64,000 nucleotides of DNA from Eubacteriales bacterium (GCA_045128515.1 JBGVRO010000062.1:4776-68775); one strand, 5' to 3'. Shown: positions 24,867 to 33,547, counted from the stretch's first letter. Notes: generated by a model from the letters alone, not told the origin. A program made the numbers and translations.

Positions 24867-26173
24867 CTTATTTCTCCTATTGTTTTATCGTTGAATTTGA
24901 TTTTGAGATTACGAATAATCGGGATAACTCCGTCCTTTGCGACTATCTTGGTCTTGCCTGCCGAGTCCTTAATCTCCACGTCCGTGTCAAGCGCCAGCTT
25001 GATACCCCAAAGGGATGGATTATTCTTATTAGATACGACACGCCCCACCACGTTCCCGTACTTTGACGAGAACTTGTCCACGTGTGGCTCGTATACTCTC
25101 TTGCCAAGGTCGAGTGCAATGTCGCTCCTACCGATATGAAGTGTGCAGAAGTCCTTAGTGGGAGTATTGCAGGACGGACATTCGGTGTATCGCTTCTTCT
25201 CTGCGTAGCCTACGATGTAATCGTAACCGCACTTACCGCAAGTAATAAGCTCATCGCGATAACGTGAGAGGAGCTTGACCCATTCGAGAGGTGTTGTGCG
25301 CTCATTCTCTCTATCTCGAAGTCCGTCAACGAAAGTGCGGTGGAAGGCTTCCTTAATATAGATCGGCACGTACGCCCATCTACGAAGCACGGCAGAGTGA
25401 TAACCCCTGATAGGACGGTTGGACTTGTCTGTCTTGTGATAAACGAACACCGGATCTTTGCCGAACATCTCGTACTCCGCGTCCTCATCCACGATGTCAT
25501 AGTTCTTAAGCCTCTCACCCTCAAAAGGATTGCCAAGGCACAAAGCCATAAAGAGTATGACGGCAAGAGAGAATCTATCCGAATGAACGTCGGGAAGCTG
25601 CACCGAGCCACTACGGGTCTTATCTCCTCTGACAATCTCGGGAGCCATATAGCGCATCTTGCCAAGGACTCCAAGGTTCTTCTTGTCTGCCGTTACGTTA
25701 TCGTTGTCGCAAATAAGGAGCGCACCGGTGTCGGGATCGAAAAAGAAACTACCGTCGTTAAGATCCTGGTAAGAATATCCCTCCTCGTGAAGCTTCTTGA
25801 AAGCGGTGCAAAGGGATATGCACCACTTGAGCATCACACTCTTGTCGGCAAACTTGTTCTTACCGGTGAGATACGACACGAATGAAACGTAGTTCTTCGG
25901 TCGAAGATCCATTATGTACCCAAGATCTCCGTCGTCAAAATCCAGAAGCTCGATAGGCCAGAGAAACTCCGAGGAAGGAGCGCCCTTTGCTATGTTGTTC
26001 TTAAGGTTGTAGCGGAAGTCAGCGCTTACTCGATCTTTGTAGATCTTAAGCGCGTATTCGCTACCCTCGCACTCAACGAGATAAACCTCACCTTGACCGC
26101 CCTCCCCGAGAAAGTCTGTGACGGTGTAGGTCTTCTCACCCTGAGTTATAGTGTCGTTTCGTTTAAACTTCAT
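24863..26173 (-). CDS. Ser/Thr protein kinase with C-terminal zinc ribbon and FHA-like domain (TerY-P module)
   Basis: G-loop LGEGGQGEVY, ALKIY Lys, catalytic YQDLNDGS, ICDNDN and YMAPE. Then CGKCG...CPSCN, and a beta-rich tail (GRSDIALD...NPSLWGIKL...) with an FHA-like pattern. Confidence 0.8.
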   Translation of the reverse strand: MKFKRNDTITQGEKTYTVTDFLGEGGQGEVYLVECEGSEYALKIYKDRVSADFRYNLKNNIAKGAPSSEFLWPIELLDFDDGDLGYIMDLRPKNYVSFVSYLTGKNKFADKSVMLKWCISLCTAFKKLHEEGYSYQDLNDGSFFFDPDTGALLICDNDNVTADKKNLGVLGKMRYMAPEIVRGDKTRSGSVQLPDVHSDRFSLAVILFMALCLGNPFEGERLKNYDIVDEDAEYEMFGKDPVFVYHKTDKSNRPIRGYHSAVLRRWAYVPIYIKEAFHRTFVDGLRDRENERTTPLEWVKLLSRYRDELITCGKCGYDYIVGYAEKKRYTECPSCNTPTKDFCTLHIGRSDIALDLGKRVYEPHVDKFSSKYGNVVGRVVSNKNNPSLWGIKLALDTDVEIKDSAGKTKIVAKDGVIPIIRNLKIKFNDKTIGEIR

Positions 26174-27023
26174 CTGTTACCTCCTTCTTTGCATCGTGTA
26201 TTCTCGAATAAAATATTGAGGACACCTTGTTCACAACTTCTGCGACTATACCGAGAGAATGAATCTTCTCTACAATATCGTAGGCACTTTCCATGTCGCC
26301 CTTCCAAATCGCATCTATCAGCATTCTTTCAACCACACCGGTTCGAAAAGCATGCTTCGCGCATAACTCTATCGCACGAGTCTTCACCTCACTATCAAGA
26401 GAGCTTGCCGTGCGCTCCATATCGGAAAACGTCAGCTTTACTCCGCGCTCCGTGTTAACGTCACATCCAACTCCAACCAAGAGCATAAAGCCTAAATGCT
26501 TCTCGTATTTAAGTTCCCCAAGATTATAGTAATGCTCCGCTATCATAAACTGGACGGTTTCCCAGAAATCACGTTCCAAAATAGCCGCATTACGCTCGTC
26601 TTCCGAGGTTGTTTTTTCGGCTTTGATTGCTGAAATGCGTTCAAGATGCGCGATGGCTTCTTTGTATCCTTGCTTTGCAAGATCTAAATATTTCTTGTAG
26701 GTAAGCTTGCTGAATGAGGGCTTCTCCTCGTTACCGTTTGCCTCGTTCTCTCTCGCGATAACCCTTTCAAGAAAATCCTTTGCGTACATTCCGTTAAAAC
26801 TATCGTTTCTCATCTTGTTTACTCCCTCTTCGTTCAAAATAATCGTGTAGTCCTTTCCTGCGGTTGCTATTCCCGACTCAAGCATTCTGTCAACTATCTC
26901 GCGTGCTGCTCCGTAACCTATCGCAAGCTTTCGCTGAAATAGAACGCAGGATGCCTTGCCGTGTTCTTTGAGTAACCTAACTCCTTCCTTATAGAGTAAT
27001 TCCTGTCTTTCTGTGTGTTCCAT
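26163..27023 (-). CDS. FtsK-gamma-like winged-helix protein with helical-repeat C-terminal region
   Basis: N-terminus KASCVLFQRKLAIGYGAAREIVDRMLESGI resembles the FtsK gamma motif (S.s.lQRrlriGYnRAarlid.mE..Giv). The rest is helical. Overlaps the kinase gene by 11 nt. Confidence 0.5.
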   Translation of the reverse strand: MEHTERQELLYKEGVRLLKEHGKASCVLFQRKLAIGYGAAREIVDRMLESGIATAGKDYTIILNEEGVNKMRNDSFNGMYAKDFLERVIARENEANGNEEKPSFSKLTYKKYLDLAKQGYKEAIAHLERISAIKAEKTTSEDERNAAILERDFWETVQFMIAEHYYNLGELKYEKHLGFMLLVGVGCDVNTERGVKLTFSDMERTASSLDSEVKTRAIELCAKHAFRTGVVERMLIDAIWKGDMESAYDIVEKIHSLGIVAEVVNKVSSIFYSRIHDAKKEVTDEV

Positions 27024-27073
27024 GATAATTTCTCCTTTCTACTTCAATGGTTGGCAATGTTTCGCGCGCCGTG

Positions 27074-27343
27074 TTATGATGTGTTCGAACACCTTGTTCT
27101 GTTCAATGACAATCCGTCAACCAACGAATAAATCTCTTTAACTTTCATCAACCTGCGTGCTTTTACAGCACCGTTTGAATCTTTTGCTATTTTCAATAAT
27201 ATTTCTGTGGCATAAATTAAGTTGTTTCTTGTAGCACGGAAATCTTGCTCACTTAGAAATGCAATCCCTCTGTGATAATGGAATGCAAAAGAGTCAAACA
27301 AAAAACATGTATTATCCATATTTAAACTTCTTACCCAGCTCAT
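27074..27343 (-). CDS. small helical protein, MIT/TPR-like
   Basis: 89 aa. HYHRGIAFLSEQDFRATRNNLIYATEILLKIAKDSNGAVKARRLMKVKEIYSLVDGL follows the three-helix MIT spacing. Weak call. Confidence 0.35.
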   Translation of the reverse strand: MSWVRSLNMDNTCFLFDSFAFHYHRGIAFLSEQDFRATRNNLIYATEILLKIAKDSNGAVKARRLMKVKEIYSLVDGLSLNRTRCSNTS

Positions 27344-27382
27344 ATGTATCCATCCTAAGTTTTTACAGTATTTATCGCAATG

Positions 27383-28033
27383 TCAATAAGCTGCGACACG
27401 GCAAGCGTTGCGGAAAGGATTAAAGGTGTACGAATCCACCATGTCGGACCTAATAAGGTAAGGGCTTAAAGTAATGACTTCCTCGCACTGCACCTTTTCA
27501 AAAAGCCTAGCTGTGTTACGAGCATCAATTAGAGCATCATGAGCTCCTTCGTCGTAATCTATATCAGCTATAATCAATGCTTCAGACAATCTAAAGCGTT
27601 TATTTGAATCCAGTCTATCTGCAAAAAGCGCTTGGCAATCTATCCAATACTCCTCTCCCATATACATATCAAGTCTTGGTATATTAATTTCTTTGCCCCT
27701 AATCTCTCTTTGTATTTGATTTCTGTCATTATCGCTCCATGCGACAAGACAAGCATCATCAGGCAACCAATTAACAAATGATTCAAGTGCATCCTTAGTA
27801 GAAGGTGCATGTTCGGTGTGTTTACGCGTAATACCGGTTAAGCGTTGAATAAAAGAATCAATCGCACCAAATTGAGGTGCAACATATGTCATAAAAGAAT
27901 CCATAATATGATAGTTCTCATCCACCAAAACAGCACCGATTTGAATAAGTTCGCTTGCCGCCTGAAACGTTCCCTTTCTTGCTCCTTGAGGAACATTGCA
28001 CATCTCCAAATCAACAATAACATAATTACTCAT
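27383..28033 (-). CDS. DEDD-family 3'-5' exonuclease (DnaQ/KapD/ERI-1-like)
   Basis: ExoI VIVDLEM, ExoII ...LVAWSDNDRN... and ExoIII HDALIDARNTARLF (DEDDh). Confidence 0.75.
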   Translation of the reverse strand: MSNYVIVDLEMCNVPQGARKGTFQAASELIQIGAVLVDENYHIMDSFMTYVAPQFGAIDSFIQRLTGITRKHTEHAPSTKDALESFVNWLPDDACLVAWSDNDRNQIQREIRGKEINIPRLDMYMGEEYWIDCQALFADRLDSNKRFRLSEALIIADIDYDEGAHDALIDARNTARLFEKVQCEEVITLSPYLIRSDMVDSYTFNPFRNACRVAAY

Positions 28034-28219
28034 AAATATGACCTCCTATAATAGCACATTAATTTGGCAAGAGCCATTTGACAATTTAATTATACTATAA
28101 ACTATCTATTTATAAAATGAACAGTTACATTCAGTATTTAGTTCCTGTTTAAGCTGTATTTTTAGATTTTCGCTTCATAATAGTTCCTGATGCAAGTAAC
28201 TTTGTCGCTAAAAATGTTC

Positions 28220-28245
28220 AAAACCGTGCACTTTAACACGGTTTT
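28220..28245 (-). terminator. terminator after the HslV-like gene
   Basis: AAAACCGTG-loop-CACGGTTTT, followed on the minus strand by GAACATTTTT. Confidence 0.5.
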
Positions 28246-28268
28246 GTCCTGAACTACTTGTAGTTTGC

Positions 28269-28880
28269 TTAATTTTTTGATGCTAGATCTTTCTCATAAA
28301 ACACCTTAAACTCACAGCTTTCGGTATCGGTTATAACGATGGGATAATCTACGTAGATATCACTAGCAGCAGAGGCTTTAATTGCCTTTTTAATGCGATC
28401 CTCACATAGCTCGCCCTCGGTAGAGAGAAGGCTTCCGATTGCCTCGCACTCGCCCGAACCGATAGCGACGTAATCGTCGATCTCGATAACGGTGGCATTG
28501 CCTGATATGTAGAAGAGCTTGTCCTTATACGCAAAGAGGAACGACGACTCAAACTCCGGTGGGTTGTCTCCTTTTTTTATTGCTCGGTACTCCTCCAGCT
28601 CCTCGAACATAGCGGGGATCAGACGCTTTACAACGAAGGAGAAATCCACTCTGTCTTTGAGCTGTGCCATCTCGGGCACAAGGTCACGCGCAACGCGGAT
28701 AATGTTAGCTTCTCTTACAAGTCCCACCTGAGCAAAGAGGCAATTTTCTGCATCAAGCACCTTCCATACCTTGTAATTGTTAGGGTTAGAAAGAGTTCTT
28801 CTCGTACCGCCTCTCGTGCACTGGCTATCTGCTCCTATTGTTACTTTTCCGTTCTCTTTAATTGCTACAACTACGCTCAT
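28269..28880 (-). CDS. HslV/proteasome-beta-like Ntn hydrolase with N-terminal Ser
   Basis: MSVVVAIKENGKVTIGADSQ aligns to HslV TTIVSVRRNGHVVIAGDGQ, and YVAIGSGECEAIGSLL to HslV IAIGSGG. The C-terminus SDIYVDYPIVITDT aligns to ICIYTNHFHTIEEL. The residue after Met is Ser. Confidence 0.65.
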   Translation of the reverse strand: MSVVVAIKENGKVTIGADSQCTRGGTRRTLSNPNNYKVWKVLDAENCLFAQVGLVREANIIRVARDLVPEMAQLKDRVDFSFVVKRLIPAMFEELEEYRAIKKGDNPPEFESSFLFAYKDKLFYISGNATVIEIDDYVAIGSGECEAIGSLLSTEGELCEDRIKKAIKASAASDIYVDYPIVITDTESCEFKVFYEKDLASKN

Positions 28881-28905
28881 CCTATATTCTCCTTTATATT
28901 CTTAA

Positions 28906-29949
28906 TTACGCTACTCTAACACCCGAAATTGCTCTCATAATATCTGCTTCGGTGATATTCGTGTTTTCGGGAGCACCTGCAATAATACTTCTAATGACAG
29001 ACTGCTTTGCCTTTTCACAGACATATTCAATCTCCGCACCCGAAAAACCTTCTGTATTATTGGCAAGACGTACATAGCTTGTAATCTGACACGGTATACC
29101 ATTCAGATGCTTTTCAAACATCAACTGTCTGGTTTGCATATCCGGCAACGGAACATATATTTTCTCATCGAACCTTCCGGGGCGAATTATCGCTCGATCA
29201 AGAATATCCGGTCGGTTTGTAGCGGCAATAACGGTAACGTTTCCGGAAGAACGATTTATACCGTCCAGCTGTGTTAACAACTCTGCTACCATACGGTTTG
29301 CAATAGTATCATTATTACGCTTTGAGGCTATAGAATCAATTTCATCGAAGAAAATAACCGCACTTTCTTCTTTCCTTGCCTCGTCGAATAAAGCTTTTAT
29401 CTTTCCTTCGGTTTCGCCAAACCATTTACTGCCAAGATCGGAAAACTTTATTGAAAAGAAGGTGGATTCGGTTTCGTTTGCAATAGCTTTGGCAATCATT
29501 GTTTTACCGTTTCCGGGAGGGCCGTACAAAAGAATACCACCTCCCACCTTTTTGTTGAATTTTTTATAAAGTTCCTTATACCGTCTTGGATAAAGTATCT
29601 TGTCGTATATCTGACTTTTAACTTCGTCAAGACCGATGACATCCGAGAATGATACGTTAGGTATTTCGGATTTATCAAATGCAAATTTTTCGTCACTCTG
29701 AACCTTCACAGAAGAGCTACGCTTTAACTTTAGCTTGATATATTTTTCAAGCTCTCTTACATGCGCCACCATCTCCAGCAACCAATCGCGCATTTCGTCT
29801 TGCTCCTCATCACATAGCCCCTGCACGTATTCCTTTAATTGCATCGCTGCGCCCTCAAAATATTTGATTGCCAGCTCCGGTTCGTCTTTAGCTAAATACA
29901 TAATACCGTTTGCGTATGCTGATAAAAAACGATCGTTATTATTACTCAT
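28906..29949 (-). CDS. classical-clade AAA+ ATPase with N-terminal MIT-like domain (Vps4/spastin/katanin-like)
   Basis: Walker A LLYGPPGNGKT, Walker B VIFFDEIDS and SRH ATNRPDILDRAIIRPGRFD. PNVSFSDVIGLDEVK parallels Vps4 PNVKWSDVAGLEGAK. The N-terminal 70 aa follow three-helix MIT spacing. Confidence 0.75.
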   Translation of the reverse strand: MSNNNDRFLSAYANGIMYLAKDEPELAIKYFEGAAMQLKEYVQGLCDEEQDEMRDWLLEMVAHVRELEKYIKLKLKRSSSVKVQSDEKFAFDKSEIPNVSFSDVIGLDEVKSQIYDKILYPRRYKELYKKFNKKVGGGILLYGPPGNGKTMIAKAIANETESTFFSIKFSDLGSKWFGETEGKIKALFDEARKEESAVIFFDEIDSIASKRNNDTIANRMVAELLTQLDGINRSSGNVTVIAATNRPDILDRAIIRPGRFDEKIYVPLPDMQTRQLMFEKHLNGIPCQITSYVRLANNTEGFSGAEIEYVCEKAKQSVIRSIIAGAPENTNITEADIMRAISGVRVA

Positions 29950-29961
29950 ATGTATATCTCC

Positions 29962-31173
29962 TTACTTCAAATTGCTTGTACTTTTTTGCAACTCGAAAAA
30001 CTCCTTTACTTTATAAAAGACGCTTTCGAACGCATGATATGTTTGAGGTAGATACTTTTGAACATTAGTAAGTAAATCATCTCGTCCTGTTATTTTCAAA
30101 GAAAAGAGATTTGCCCAAAGCTCATCCACCTGATAGGCTTCGTCTTTTCTGTAATAGGCCGAAGTGTGTATTTGCAAGTTGTAGGGATGTTCCATGTCGC
30201 AAACTGATGACAACACATCCAAAATAGCCTCGTTATCCTCGCAGAACTGTTTGTGAGCCCTACAATGTATCATTTTTTCTCTAGTGGCAATCATTGATTT
30301 TTCAACAATCAATTTGCTCATCTCTTGATACTTTTCGTATTTTTTTTGGAAATCAGGAGTTTTTTGACGATTGCTCTTAAACGACGGGATAAATATTCCG
30401 CAGCATCCACCAAGAGATCTCGACAGCTTGTAATACTCGGCAAGGAAAGTGCTGTTTTCAGCAATTGCAGAATACTCCACTTCACTAAGTTCACCTACAA
30501 CCGCTGCTTTATGTGCCTCCAGTATTTTTTCTTTAATCGTTCCTTCGTTCTCTGAAATTTCTCTCTTTAGGACATCGGCAAGTGTACCTTCCCCCAAAAT
30601 TTGCATAGACAACAAATCGTATGATTGTGTTCGATCTCCAAATAAGCACTGTGCTCCGGCATGTCCTAATTCATGAAAAAGCGTGCTTCCATCTATGTCA
30701 TCAATGGTGGAAAAAACTTTAATTCTAATGTTACCGTCTGAATCCTTTCCTGATGTACAATATTGTGTTCTATCAATAGAAAATTGCACATCGTTTACGG
30801 TTATGATATTATAGACAAACTCCAAGAACTCATCTTTTATATTTGTTATAGCTCTCGTAAGTTTCTCTTCGTCTATAATCTGATATTTTTTAATATTCTT
30901 CTCGTTAACATACCTGTGTTTGTACTGATTAATAATATCTTCGTGTGAAATTGTCGAATCCAGACCAGCCTCGTGCTCTAATTCGCATGCTTCAATCATT
31001 CGATTAAGTTCAGACTCTTCCTCTTCGCTTAATTCAAATGAATAGGATGAGATAAACTCTTCATACATAGCATCTATTTCCTCCTCACTGACAGACCTTT
31101 GTCCTTTGCTGTTTGACATTACCCCAACTCCTTCGCATCCGATGTTTTTGGCGTTTTTCTTTGAATTTTCCAT
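29962..31173 (-). CDS. HExxH zinc-metallopeptidase-like protein
   Basis: STLFHELGHAG motif mid-protein, acidic N-terminal region, RBS AAGGAGA. Its stop lies 12 nt before the AAA+ start. An alternative start at 31119 also has an AAGGAG RBS. Confidence 0.5.
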   Translation of the reverse strand: MENSKKNAKNIGCEGVGVMSNSKGQRSVSEEEIDAMYEEFISSYSFELSEEEESELNRMIEACELEHEAGLDSTISHEDIINQYKHRYVNEKNIKKYQIIDEEKLTRAITNIKDEFLEFVYNIITVNDVQFSIDRTQYCTSGKDSDGNIRIKVFSTIDDIDGSTLFHELGHAGAQCLFGDRTQSYDLLSMQILGEGTLADVLKREISENEGTIKEKILEAHKAAVVGELSEVEYSAIAENSTFLAEYYKLSRSLGGCCGIFIPSFKSNRQKTPDFQKKYEKYQEMSKLIVEKSMIATREKMIHCRAHKQFCEDNEAILDVLSSVCDMEHPYNLQIHTSAYYRKDEAYQVDELWANLFSLKITGRDDLLTNVQKYLPQTYHAFESVFYKVKEFFELQKSTSNLK

Positions 31174-31310
31174 TAGTAATTCTCCTTATCAACAAATTAT
31201 GCAAACAGCTAAACTCATAGATGGTATTTCAAACCCTCTTTTACGTTGGCATAGGAAGATCAGTTTCAACGTCCTTAATAAGCCTCAACAGTTTGCTTTT
31301 GACATATACA

Positions 31311-31339
31311 ATTATACCCCCATTCTACTTGTTTGTAAA
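31311..31339 (-). promoter_or_regulatory. sigma-A-type promoter for the peptidase/AAA+/HslV-like operon
   Basis: On the minus strand: TTTACA (31334..31339), 17 nt, TATAAT (31311..31316). Confidence 0.5.
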
Positions 31340-31433
31340 CGAACATATAACACGGAGGATTTGTTCCTGTTTTTGAATATTTTACAGCTTATTCATTGTT
31401 TTGTGGGTATATTAATGGAACTTTTGGCATATA

Positions 31434-31486
31434 AAAAATAAAAAAACGGCATAAAATTGATACTATCATGTATCAATTTTATGCCG
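31434..31486 (-). terminator. rho-independent terminator after the 290-aa gene
   Basis: A perfect 16-bp stem CGGCATAAAATTGATA / TATCAATTTTATGCCG with an 8-nt loop, followed on the minus strand by a T-run of 7 or more. Confidence 0.8.
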
Positions 31487-31505
31487 TTGGTCTTATAGTA
31501 TAAAA

Positions 31506-32378
31506 TTAAAAATTCTTAGATACTGTGGTTTTAATTTGCTTTGATTTGAATATTCCTATTTTATATACTACCACAATAGAAGCCTCTATATTTCCACCAT
31601 AGGTGTCGGTGGGCAAATCAAATTCCGTAGTGCTCTCCAATTGAGTAGGAAGTTTCTTCTCGAGCTGGTCACCTTTACCTTTGAGAGATGCAGTAATGCT
31701 TGAAATTTTCAATCCTTCTTGATTCTGAATAGAAACTTTAAGCTTAAAGTTTACCATTCCTTTTTTGTTAAAAAGACCTTTTGTATATCTACCTTCTCCT
31801 CTCTCGAGAGTTGCTTTCAGCTTCAAATTACCATCTGCTGTCGCACCAGATTCAGCAGGTCTTCCAGTTTTGTGTTGCGCTGAAGTGGGTTTAGAGGAAT
31901 TTGAACTAACGGTGTTTCGAGATGGCGTGCGAGAAGGTTGATCTATAGGAGCCTTTCTAACAATCATGTGTTCAAGGGATCTCAAACCGTATTTGTCTGC
32001 AATTCTAGTGACAAGATTGTTATATGTGGTTACACATCTTAACATATCGATATTAACATTATCTACTATAGCATGCTTATTACGGTTTCCTTTGTCGTTT
32101 ATTCCTATGTCATCAAACGTTTCTATCAATCCGACGTTGTCCAGTACGGTTTCACATAAATAGTTGATACTGGTATAACAATACGCAATATTTGGGCCGT
32201 TTGAAACCTCTGAGACCATGATGCCGAGTTTTGTAATCAATATTTGCATATTGGTGATAAATGGATTTACAAATCCTCTTGCATAATTTTCACAAACACT
32301 TTTATAATAAGCCCTGACCGAGTTTTTGAAAATTTTTTCCTTGATTTTTGCATCAGCACCGGGAACTAATTTTATCAT
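31506..32378 (-). CDS. hypothetical protein: helical N-domain (possible DUF4145/HEPN-like), low-complexity linker, beta-rich C-domain
   Basis: Start set at 32378 (RBS AAGGAG). A GNRNKHAIV segment resembles GNxxxH of DUF4145. A Ser/Pro/Thr-rich linker is followed by alternating-pattern beta strands. Confidence 0.45.
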   Translation of the reverse strand: MIKLVPGADAKIKEKIFKNSVRAYYKSVCENYARGFVNPFITNMQILITKLGIMVSEVSNGPNIAYCYTSINYLCETVLDNVGLIETFDDIGINDKGNRNKHAIVDNVNIDMLRCVTTYNNLVTRIADKYGLRSLEHMIVRKAPIDQPSRTPSRNTVSSNSSKPTSAQHKTGRPAESGATADGNLKLKATLERGEGRYTKGLFNKKGMVNFKLKVSIQNQEGLKISSITASLKGKGDQLEKKLPTQLESTTEFDLPTDTYGGNIEASIVVVYKIGIFKSKQIKTTVSKNF

Positions 32379-32419
32379 ATGTATATCTCCTTGTTGATAT
32401 TGCATCTAGAGCAATAATT

Positions 32420-33547
32420 CTATTCGTCAAATGTAGCCGAGTCACATTCTTGTCTTACATATTTGTCATAAGCGTCTTTGTAGCGTTGAATAAACTTGTT
32501 TCGCGTTATCTCCGGAGAGAGAATTTCTACATCGCGCGCAAGTTTGAAGAAATAGTTAATCGCCTGAACTTCAGTGCATTTAAACAAGTATGTATTTTTT
32601 TCTTCATTAAGAACCTCAAAATCGTTGGGGCGCATATAAAGTTGCCGATTAAAGCTTTCTACTCCTTTATCGGTGAACCTTACTTTTAATTCAATAACTT
32701 CTCCTGCTAAAAATTGGGGTTCTTTTTCCGAGACCATTTTGTCGATAGCCTCTCTGTCTGCTTTTGAAATAAAACCGCTCTTACTCAAGCTAATACGAGG
32801 ATGATCTATTCTGGAAATTCGATAGCAAACCGCTCTTCTAGGCCGGGTTTCGTTGCTATCCTGTTTTACCTCCTCAGAATAACCAATTACATAGTTAAAC
32901 ATCCTTGTTTTATCTTGAATGATTTTATAAGGAACCAAATAAAATTTTCGAGTATAGGTTTCATTGCTGTTAGGATTAATCTTTTTTAAGATAGACATGC
33001 TCACACTCTTCTTTTGAGAAATCGCACTTTGAAGAATGTCCATGATATCTCTGAAATAGATTTGTTCGCGCTCAAACATTGGTTTTAATGCATATTCTTC
33101 AAAAACAGCTTTTAGATATGCTCCAATAGCATTGTTGTAGTAAATGTTTTCTGATGATTCTCTTAAGATTTCAACATTTTCTTTGTTAATTCTAAACTTG
33201 CGTCCTTCGCCCTTTTCGTAGCTACCAACCTTCGCTATAAGCTCTTTTTCATAAACATCAAGTATTTTAGATATATATAAATCAGTAGTTTTTTTGTCCA
33301 TGGATTTGAATTCCTTGGACGAAAACATAGCCACAAGCTCTTCGTTCTTTTTCAGAAAACGTTGTGATATAGTTGCTTCTGCTTCTTGATAGAAATTAGT
33401 AAATATGCGATTTAAAAATCCAGCTAAATTATATTTGGCGCCATTGCTAAAGTTTTTAACGTCCTCGTCTATAACAAGCCACGCTGATGTTGAAAGATTA
33501 AGGTGTTGTTTCAACTCAGTTTCCAAATCCGCTATATAGAACCCCAT
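32420..33547 (-). CDS. WYL-domain protein with WCX-like C-terminus and no obvious N-terminal HTH
   Basis: RKFYLVPYKIIQDKTRMFNYVIGYS...RRAVCYRISRI has the WYL-domain pattern. ...IELKVRFTD...YLFKCTEVQAINYFFKLARDVEILSPEITRNKF has the WCX pattern. Confidence 0.55.
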   Translation of the reverse strand: MGFYIADLETELKQHLNLSTSAWLVIDEDVKNFSNGAKYNLAGFLNRIFTNFYQEAEATISQRFLKKNEELVAMFSSKEFKSMDKKTTDLYISKILDVYEKELIAKVGSYEKGEGRKFRINKENVEILRESSENIYYNNAIGAYLKAVFEEYALKPMFEREQIYFRDIMDILQSAISQKKSVSMSILKKINPNSNETYTRKFYLVPYKIIQDKTRMFNYVIGYSEEVKQDSNETRPRRAVCYRISRIDHPRISLSKSGFISKADREAIDKMVSEKEPQFLAGEVIELKVRFTDKGVESFNRQLYMRPNDFEVLNEEKNTYLFKCTEVQAINYFFKLARDVEILSPEITRNKFIQRYKDAYDKYVRQECDSATFDE

